From Anaerolineae bacterium (GTDB lineage: Bacteria; Chloroflexota; Anaerolineae; JAAYZQ01): a DNA stretch of 54,086 bases. The DNA is taken from positions 1-54,086 of the forward strand of contig JAMJFU010000003.1 in the NCBI GenBank assembly GCA_023544525.1, read 5' to 3'. This document shows, piece by piece, positions 46,206 to 54,086 of the stretch. The notes beneath the pieces were generated by a model. The model was given only the letters and a program-made list of their open reading frames with translations, did no database searches and was not told the origin of the DNA. Made by a program: the position numbers and the translations under genes. Position 1 is the stretch's first letter; each line of letters opens with the position of its first letter.

Positions 46206-46925
46206 CTACGAGTCTCGGGGTTTGGGGTCGAGGATCAGCGTCCGCTCCTCACTGGAGGGGCTGATGTCGACGCCCACAGGCTTGCCGTCCTGACCCTCGC
46301 CTGTCTTGCGCACCACCCGGACCCACCAATAGACTACGCCCGACCCATGTTCGGCCGATGGATGGAAAGGATCCAGAAACGCATGGCTCAAGAGGTATCG
46401 ACTGTCCTTGGTAAAGACATAGTCCCCATACCAGGGCTCCAGGGCCGTACTGGGCCGCCTCTCAAGGTGAAGATGATAGTATTCATCGCTGGCCAGCCGG
46501 CCCACAGATTCCCATTCGAGCAGCACGGTGCTCTTCCAGGAGACCGGCCGCTCGTTTGGAGGCTCCAGGAGGGTCGGTGGCGGGTATTTGAGCTCAGCCG
46601 CAGCCGGCGTGCGACTGGGCGCCAGAGTGGCAGTGGGCGCTACAGCCGTCTCCTCTGGACCTCCGCTGCTCTGCTGCGAGCTTGTCGCCGTCTGCGTGGC
46701 AGGCAGCGCAGTCGCTCGACCCGGTGTTGGCGTGGCGATAATGATCCACGGGGTCTGCGTCGGCTGCGCCTTGGCCAGGGTCTCCCCCGCCGGCGTTGCA
46801 GTGACGACGATAATCCAGGGCGTTTGCGTGGCTGGCGGCCGGGTTGGCTCTGGTGTCGTGCCACAGGCGGCCAGGACAGCGACGAGTACGCTGGCAAGCA
46901 GCACGAGCCCCAAGTGCCTGCTCAT
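46206..46925 (-). CDS. Uncharacterised lipoprotein with a Pro/Thr-rich linker and a beta-sandwich-like C-terminal domain
   Basis: Signal peptide with lipobox LAAC, two TQTPWII repeats, and PPPTLLEP...LEWE...YWWVRVV. ATG is 1 nt after the atpA stop. Confidence 0.8.
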   Translation of the reverse strand: MSRHLGLVLLASVLVAVLAACGTTPEPTRPPATQTPWIIVVTATPAGETLAKAQPTQTPWIIIATPTPGRATALPATQTATSSQQSSGGPEETAVAPTATLAPSRTPAAAELKYPPPTLLEPPNERPVSWKSTVLLEWESVGRLASDEYYHLHLERRPSTALEPWYGDYVFTKDSRYLLSHAFLDPFHPSAEHGSGVVYWWVRVVRKTGEGQDGKPVGVDISPSSEERTLILDPKPRDS

Positions 46926-46926
46926 T

Positions 46927-48453
<1,527 letters not shown>

Positions 48454-48535
48454 TCGTGCCTCCTACGGGCAAACCCTGGAAGGCGGAACCCGGAAGGGTA
48501 CGCCTGGGGTCTTGGTCCCTCTGTTCTGGGCGATC

Positions 48536-49057
48536 TCAGGTTTCCAGGTAGTCTCGCATGGCAGACAGTTTCCCGGCCACACTCCCATCGATGACCTGGT
48601 CGCCCACGCGCAGATAGATCCCGCCAATGAGGGAACGATCCACTTCAAACTGGAAGTCCAGGTCTGGGCCGAAGCGACGCTCCAGCTTGGCCCGCAAGGC
48701 TTCTTTTTCCTCTTCCGCCAGCGGTACAGCACTGACCACTCGAGCTGCCCTGCGCTCTGGCCTACGGCGGACCAGGTTTTCGAACTCGGCCAGGATGGCG
48801 CCCAGCTGGCCCAGTTGGCCAGCTTCCAGCAGGGTGCCCAGAAACTTGCGCACGTCGGAGTCCAGGCCCCCGGGCACCGCCTGAGCAAGGCGCTGGAGCC
48901 TGTCCCGCGCCGAGACCCTGAGGTCCTGCATGGCCGTGCGCAGGGCAGGGTCCTTCTTGAGCACAGTATCGACGCGGCCAAGCTGCCGCGTCCAGTGCTC
49001 GAAGGCGAGCTCATAGATCGCAACCGCGTATTCTTTGGGTTGGGCCTGTACGCTCAC
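48536..49057 (-). CDS. atpH: ATP synthase delta
   Basis: YAVAIY, VSAVPL and VDRSLIGG...GDQVIDGSV motifs; GTGA overlap with atpF. Confidence 0.93.
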   Translation of the reverse strand: MSVQAQPKEYAVAIYELAFEHWTRQLGRVDTVLKKDPALRTAMQDLRVSARDRLQRLAQAVPGGLDSDVRKFLGTLLEAGQLGQLGAILAEFENLVRRRPERRAARVVSAVPLAEEEKEALRAKLERRFGPDLDFQFEVDRSLIGGIYLRVGDQVIDGSVAGKLSAMRDYLET

Positions 49058-49548
49058 TTCAGTTCCTCTGTCTCCTGCAGAAACTCCGCGATGAGTTGGC
49101 GCTGTCTCTGCTCGTCCAGCGTTGCGCCGACCAGCCTTTCAGAGATCGTTAAGGAGAGATCGGCTACCTCTTGGCGCAGCTCGGTCATGGCCAGGTCGCG
49201 CTCACGCGAGATCTCTTCCCGGGCTTTTTGGATCAACGCCTGGGACTCTTCGCGCGCCCTGTCCAGGATCTCCTGCCGGGCTTTTTCGCTCACCTGCGTG
49301 GCCTGAGCGATGATCTCTTGTCCCTCGCGGCGAGCTTCGGCGACGCGGCGTTCGAACTCCTGCTCCATCTCGGCTGCTCGCCTCGAAGCACTCTCGGCGT
49401 CCTCGAGCCCCTTCTTGATGCGGGCGGAGCGTTCGTCCAGCATGCGCAGGATTGGCTTGTAGGCCACAAAGTAGAGAAGTACAGCCAGCAGCGTGAAATT
49501 CACGATCTGGGAGAGTAGGTAGCCCGGATTTATGCCCAGTGCTTCCAA
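49054..49548 (-). CDS. atpF: ATP synthase F0 b
   Basis: QIVNF TM segment, then KPILRMLDER and a coiled coil; TTG start with SD GGAGG. Confidence 0.95.
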   Translation of the reverse strand: MEALGINPGYLLSQIVNFTLLAVLLYFVAYKPILRMLDERSARIKKGLEDAESASRRAAEMEQEFERRVAEARREGQEIIAQATQVSEKARQEILDRAREESQALIQKAREEISRERDLAMTELRQEVADLSLTISERLVGATLDEQRQRQLIAEFLQETEELK

Positions 49549-49650
49549 TCCTCAACCTCCTCCGATTTCAGATTCCAGATCCTCGATTCGGGACCCCCGG
49601 TCCTGGCGGACGCAGGCGCCCCAATCAGCACAGCACGCATCTGAAATCGT

Positions 49651-49878
49651 CTAGACGAACTTGATGATGAGGGCCGTGACCAGGGCATAGATGCCGATGG
49701 CCTCCGTGAAGGCCAGACTCAGGATGAGTGGCACAAAGATCTGGTCGGCTGCTTCTGGGTTGCGGCCCAAGGCCTCCATGGCCTTGGAGCCAATCATACC
49801 CAAGCCGAACGCCGGGGCGATGGCACCGATTGCGATGGCGAGAGCCGCGGCTACCTGGCGGGCGGTTTCAGGATCCAT
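49651..49878 (-). CDS. atpE: ATP synthase F0 c (H+-type)
   Basis: GRNP loop and FTEAIGIY; lacks the Q...ES/T Na+ signature. Confidence 0.96.
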   Translation of the reverse strand: MDPETARQVAAALAIAIGAIAPAFGLGMIGSKAMEALGRNPEAADQIFVPLILSLAFTEAIGIYALVTALIIKFV

Positions 49879-49922
49879 GAGTAATCCTCCTTAGATTTGG
49901 TCTAGATTTGAATGTTTGCGTG

Positions 49923-50942
49923 CTAGTGTCCTTCACCGTGTCCGCTCACGGCGACGACAAAGAACGCGACGCTCAGCATCATAAAGACGAGTGCCTGCAC
50001 CAGGCCAACAAAGAGCTCCAGCCCGAAGAAGGGCAGGCTGACAATGTACGGGATAAGGAAAGCCATCACGCCGAGCAGCACTTCGCCGGCAAAGATATTG
50101 CCAAACAACCGGAAGGAGAAGGAAACGATCTTGCCGAACTCGCTGATCGTTTCCACGATGCCGATAAAGATGTCGATGACGCCCAGGAAGAAAGCGCCGA
50201 TCCTGCCAGCGCAGCCCAGGCCAGGTTGGCGGAAGGCTTTTGCCACCCCTCCCACCGCGATGAATTTGCTGAGGTATCCCAGGCCAAGGGACGAGAGCCC
50301 GAAATACTGGGTCAACAACACAGAGACGATGGCCAGGGCCAGGGTAAAGTTCATGTCCGTCGTCGAAGCGCGGAGCATGGGCGCCAGAATGTACTGCTCG
50401 GCTTCTGCCTCCCCTGCGTGTTCCCCCTCGACCGCTGTTTGCTCGCCTTTGACCAGGATACCGAAGCTATGCGAATTGTTCAGCCAGTTGACGTCGTAGC
50501 CTTCATGGCCGGCTTCGACGTGATGCAACACGCCCCAGCCGCCCATCAGGGGGGTGAGTCCCAGCCAGCTGGCCGTGATGACAAAAAGAAAGATGCTCAT
50601 GACGATGGGGAAGAAGCGGGGGGTCCACTTGGGGCCAGCTGCGCCCTCCACCATGTTGTAGAAGCCTTCGATGACCATCTCCAGTGCGGCTTGCCACCGG
50701 CCCGGAACCATGCTCATCTTGCGCGTGATCAGCCAGCAGCCGACGATAAGCAGTATCATGGTCAGCCACGCTGCCAGCAATGTGTTGGTAATGGTGAAGC
50801 CAAACAGGTCAAGGACTGGTTCGGCAGGAATCGAGATTTCCGGAAGGATGACGCCTGGGATCTTGAAAACAGCTTGGAAGATAATGGCTACGACCACAAT
50901 GGCTACCGGGACCAGGACTTTGGGCGATAGAAGCTTTGACAC
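49923..50942 (-). CDS. atpB: ATP synthase F0 a
   Basis: ITNT, PGRWQ, SFSFRLFGNIFAGE and LELFVGLVQA motifs. Confidence 0.95.
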   Translation of the reverse strand: MSKLLSPKVLVPVAIVVVAIIFQAVFKIPGVILPEISIPAEPVLDLFGFTITNTLLAAWLTMILLIVGCWLITRKMSMVPGRWQAALEMVIEGFYNMVEGAAGPKWTPRFFPIVMSIFLFVITASWLGLTPLMGGWGVLHHVEAGHEGYDVNWLNNSHSFGILVKGEQTAVEGEHAGEAEAEQYILAPMLRASTTDMNFTLALAIVSVLLTQYFGLSSLGLGYLSKFIAVGGVAKAFRQPGLGCAGRIGAFFLGVIDIFIGIVETISEFGKIVSFSFRLFGNIFAGEVLLGVMAFLIPYIVSLPFFGLELFVGLVQALVFMMLSVAFFVVAVSGHGEGH

Positions 50943-51202
50943 TACTTTGGTTCCTCCTCGCCGTTTGCTTCTGCTGGTTGTTCTGATTCCTCGCCGGCAG
51001 CCGGTTGAAAGCTCCGTATGGCGATACGAGCGACCCCAACCGTGGCAGCCAGAACGCCCAGCACGGCACCGATCAAGGTAAATAGCGGCAGAGTGCCTAG
51101 TTTTCGATCGAGCCAGATGCCAACCAGGAGAGGGATCACAAGCGAGAAGAACATTGTCCAGCCCAGGTTGAGCGCCAGGCTCAATGCTTCTCGCTTATCC
51201 AC
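50942..51202 (-). CDS. AtpZ/AtpI-family protein
   Basis: GIWLDRKLGTLP and two TM segments; GTG 51202 with SD AGGAGG; first gene of the atp operon. Confidence 0.85.
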   Translation of the reverse strand: MDKREALSLALNLGWTMFFSLVIPLLVGIWLDRKLGTLPLFTLIGAVLGVLAATVGVARIAIRSFQPAAGEESEQPAEANGEEEPK

Positions 51203-51331
51203 CCAACCTCCTGGATGACGTCGGGCTGAGAAAGGAAAACGTGCAGCCCGCGGCACGAGTAATTCCGTACGATAGCGGTGCGCGACAAGTCAAAAGCACA
51301 CGCGTGGGCCCTTTGGCCGGCTCGATTGAAG

Positions 51332-51360
51332 ATTCTAGCATAAGCTGGCTCAAATTGCAA
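51332..51360 (-). promoter_or_regulatory. atp operon promoter
   Basis: TTGCAA-N17-TAGAAT with an extended -10. Confidence 0.65.
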
Positions 51361-51519
51361 AAAGAGGCCAGCACAAGTGCCACCGATCGGTGGGGTCCCA
51401 ATCGCCGGATCCCCTGGCCTCTGCATGCCCGGCCAGCCCCGGCAGGCAGCGGCGCCCGGAGGAGATGCTCCGAACGGAAGGGAGCGCCCTCGAGGTCAGA
51501 CCACCGGCGCGAGGTGAAG

Positions 51520-51557
51520 AAAAAGAGCCCGGGTACCGAACCTGGCCCGGGCTCTTG
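51520..51557 (-). terminator. Intrinsic terminator after the M42 peptidase
   Basis: AAGAGCCCGGG...CCCGGGCTCTT stem followed by TTTCTT on the minus strand. Confidence 0.85.
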
Positions 51558-51587
51558 TAGCAAAGAGGCGGAAGATGGCTGCTCAGC

Positions 51588-52658
51588 CTATGGCGTGAGG
51601 CCTGCCACAGTCCCGGCATCCAGTTTCTTGACCAAGGCAACCACGAGCTTCAGCGCCTGGTCATAATCCTCGCGGAGCAGGATGGCGTTGTGGCTATGGA
51701 TGTGCCGTGTCGGCACGCCGATCACGACCGTGGGCACGCCCTCGTTGTGCAGGTGGATCTGCGCACCGTCGGTGGCGCCGCCAGGCATGGCCGAGAACTG
51801 CAGGTCCATCTCCAATTCCTCGGCTGTGGCGATGACCAGGTCACGCAGTTTGAGGTTTGGGATCATGCGGGCATCGTAGACCAGCATGGTTGGACCGCCG
51901 CCAAGCTTGATGGCGGACTCCTCGGGCTTGATGCCGGGCACATCGCCGGCGATGTCGACCTCCAGGACGATGCCCACGTCCGGATTGATGGCAAAGGCCG
52001 AGGTCTTGGCCCCACGGGTGCCGACCTCTTCCTGCACGGTCCCCACGGCATATACGACGTTGGGGTGGCCCTCGCTGGCCAGTGCGCGGACCGCTTCCAC
52101 CGCCAGTGCGCAACCGACGCGGTTGTCAAACGCCTTGGAGAGGTAGCAGCCCGGTTTGCTCATGACCTCAAAGTTGCTTACCGGGATGATCGGGTCGCCG
52201 GGCCGGATGCCCATCTCACGGGCTTCCTCCTCTGAGGAAGCCCCGACGTCGATGTACATATCCTTTTTCTCGACGATCTTTTTTCGCTCTTCATCCGCCA
52301 GGAGGTGTGGCGGCTTGGCCCCAAGCACACCGACGACGTCCCCGTTCGAGGTTTTGATGACGACGCGGTGGCCCAAGAGGACCTGATCCCACCAACCGCC
52401 GAGCTGGACGAATTTCACGAAACCTTCCTTGGTCACCAGCCGCACCATGAAGCCGATCTCGTCCATGTGGCCAGCAAGCATAACACGGGGGCCTTGGTCA
52501 TCGCCCACGTGTTTGCCAATAAAGCTGCCCATCTTGTCCTGCTGAATCTCGGCTATGGCCTCCAGGTGGCGGCGCATGATGCCCCGCACCTCGCTCTCAT
52601 AGCCTGGAACCCCACTTGCTTCCGTGATCTCTTTCAGGAACTCTTCTCTTTTGTCCAT
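51588..52658 (-). CDS. M42 family metallopeptidase (TET-like)
   Basis: AGHMDEIG, KAFDNR, VQEEVG, GATD and RHIHS motifs. Confidence 0.95.
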   Translation of the reverse strand: MDKREEFLKEITEASGVPGYESEVRGIMRRHLEAIAEIQQDKMGSFIGKHVGDDQGPRVMLAGHMDEIGFMVRLVTKEGFVKFVQLGGWWDQVLLGHRVVIKTSNGDVVGVLGAKPPHLLADEERKKIVEKKDMYIDVGASSEEEAREMGIRPGDPIIPVSNFEVMSKPGCYLSKAFDNRVGCALAVEAVRALASEGHPNVVYAVGTVQEEVGTRGAKTSAFAINPDVGIVLEVDIAGDVPGIKPEESAIKLGGGPTMLVYDARMIPNLKLRDLVIATAEELEMDLQFSAMPGGATDGAQIHLHNEGVPTVVIGVPTRHIHSHNAILLREDYDQALKLVVALVKKLDAGTVAGLTP

Positions 52659-52722
52659 CCTAGTTGCTCCCGATGAGTGTTAGCCAGGTGATTGACCTGG
52701 ACGGTGCTCGATGCCGAACCGG

Positions 52723-52905
52723 TTACCCTTCTCCAGCTTCTTTGCTCTCGTCGAGGCTGTAGTCGGCTGTGTCGGCTGGCTCCTCTCGGACTGCATATTG
52801 GGCGATGACGCCTAACTTGACCAGGACCACGATCAGCCCTGCTACTGCAGCCAACAGGCCCAGGCCAGCCACAACGAGGACGATCGGTATACAGACCGCC
52901 TCCAT
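52723..52905 (-). CDS. Small single-TM hypothetical protein
   Basis: 60 aa with a hydrophobic helix and an acidic tail; starts 2 nt after the upstream stop. Confidence 0.6.
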   Translation of the reverse strand: MEAVCIPIVLVVAGLGLLAAVAGLIVVLVKLGVIAQYAVREEPADTADYSLDESKEAGEG

Positions 52906-52907
52906 GT

Positions 52908-53810
52908 TCAGTCTCCACCCAGGAGGCCGCCGACGTCGATCTTCATTCCGCCGCCAGAGCTCCCCCCCTGCGTCTTGGGCAAGAACTGGGCCACCTTCTG
53001 TGCCAGTTTCGACATGGGCATGGTCTGCAGCCAGACCTTGCCAGGGCCCCGCACGCTGGCCAGGAATAGGCCCTCGCCACCGAGCAGTATGTTGCGGAAT
53101 CCTTTGAGCATGGTCACGTCAAAGTCGACCGTTGCCTCCATGGCGGCCAGGTGGCCGGTATCGACCTTGAGCTGCTGTCCCGGCTCCAGGTCGTACTCGA
53201 CGATCTCGCCATCGACTTCGATAAAGGCCAGGCCGGGACCGGTGACGCGCTGCATGATAAAGCCTTCGCCCCCAAAAAAGCCCGTGCCCAGCCTCTTGCG
53301 GAAGTGCAGGTCCATGTCCACGCTTTTTTCGGCGCACATGAAGGCGTCCTTCTGGACGATGATGCTTTCGCCGGGCTTGAGATCAAAGGGGATGATCTTG
53401 CCGGGGAACTCGGAGGCAAAGGCCACCGTCCCGCGGCCGCGGTCTATGTAAAAGTCGGTGATGAAGAGCGATTCGCCGGACAGGGCCCGTTTGACGGCGC
53501 GGCCCAGCCCTCCGCCGGAGTGGGTCTTCATCTCCACGTTACCGCTCATCCAGGACATACCACCAGACTCGGAGTAGATGACCTCGCCGGGCTCCAGCTC
53601 GATGGTGACCACCGGCAACGTCGTCCCGTCGATCCGGTAGCTGATGCGGCCGCGGCCTCCGGCAAACTCCTGCGCCGCATGATCGACTTCTGTATCCAAG
53701 GGCTTCAGACCGGATTCCCCCGCAGATTCCATTACCTGGAACGGGGATCCACAGCTTGTGCAAAACCTGGCCGAAGCTTCATTCTCGGCACCGCATTCAG
53801 GGCACTTCAT
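52908..53810 (-). CDS. TIGR00266/AIM24 family protein with an N-terminal zinc ribbon
   Basis: CPECG...FCTSCG, SESGGMSWM, GFFGGEGF and GPGKVWLQT motifs; SD GGAGG. Confidence 0.92.
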   Translation of the reverse strand: MKCPECGAENEASARFCTSCGSPFQVMESAGESGLKPLDTEVDHAAQEFAGGRGRISYRIDGTTLPVVTIELEPGEVIYSESGGMSWMSGNVEMKTHSGGGLGRAVKRALSGESLFITDFYIDRGRGTVAFASEFPGKIIPFDLKPGESIIVQKDAFMCAEKSVDMDLHFRKRLGTGFFGGEGFIMQRVTGPGLAFIEVDGEIVEYDLEPGQQLKVDTGHLAAMEATVDFDVTMLKGFRNILLGGEGLFLASVRGPGKVWLQTMPMSKLAQKVAQFLPKTQGGSSGGGMKIDVGGLLGGD

Positions 53811-53848
53811 AGTCGATTCCTCCCTCTCTATGCTGGCTAGCGACACCC

Positions 53849-53877
53849 ATTATACCACCCCTCCTCCCTGAGGGCAA
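53849..53877 (-). promoter_or_regulatory. Promoter for the TIGR00266 unit
   Basis: TTGCCC-N17-TATAAT with an extended -10. Confidence 0.7.
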
Positions 53878-53984
53878 AGGCGATCCTGGCGGAGGGATTC
53901 CAGCCAGCTCAGAGAAAAGGGATAGCCGCTGCACCAGGAAATCCTCTCCTGCCCAGCCATCGCCGGGGAACGGCAGGCACCTTC

Positions 53985-54013
53985 TTGCCTTTTGCCTGGG
54001 CCTGCGGTATAAT
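53985..54013 (+). promoter_or_regulatory. Divergent promoter for the gene at the window edge
   Basis: TTGCCT-N17-TATAAT. Confidence 0.7.
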
Positions 54014-54059
54014 CACGCACGTTGGGAGAGAGGAGTCCACTCCCCTAGAACGGAGTCCC

Positions 54060-54086
54060 ATGAATCGAACCTACGTCGCCCTGGAT
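54060..54086 (+). CDS. Partial CDS, probably a DEDDh exonuclease-domain protein (DinG/DnaQ-like)
   Basis: MNRTYVALD after SD GGAG resembles the ExoI motif YVALDLET; only 9 codons are visible. Confidence 0.45.

Noticed and set aside
49651-49878. Na+-translocating ATP synthase
   Set aside because: The c subunit lacks the Gln and the Glu-Ser/Thr Na+ ligands (it has L and EA).

Overview
GC-rich, gene-dense chromosomal window, most likely from a Chloroflexota (Anaerolineae-like) bacterium; the taxonomy is inferred from gene content and protein style, not from a database search. No mobile elements, CRISPR arrays, rRNAs or tRNAs were seen. In order it contains: pyk (partial), an MFS transporter, a YfhO-type GT-C membrane protein, a replication cluster (tandem-AAA DnaC/IstB-like loader, DnaD-like protein, a NUDIX remnant, a DUF2723 GT-C protein, dnaB, DUF151), a TPP-riboswitch-controlled thiN-thiB unit, DUF4870 and lgt. 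Next come purB and, divergent from it, a purL-Q-C-E-F-DM-N operon, then a Crp/Fnr regulator, DegV with a wHTH regulator, glgA with a GalT-like enzyme, and a chlD-type chelatase gene split by a -1 frameshift. The rest holds rubrerythrin, a GAF-PAS two-component system, mutS, rex, mreB, an F-type ATP synthase operon with two inserted foreign genes, an M42 peptidase and a TIGR00266 protein. The most notable observations are the A9G frameshift site with a downstream hairpin in the chelatase gene, two structured 5' leaders on the divergent purine transcripts that I cannot match to a riboswitch family, the lipoprotein and Lrp/AsnC ligand-binding domain embedded in the atp operon, a Cys-rich GAF kinase with direct-repeat boxes above the rubrerythrin/chelatase unit, and a purine gene arrangement resembling the eukaryotic fusions (class II PurE, PurD-PurM fusion).
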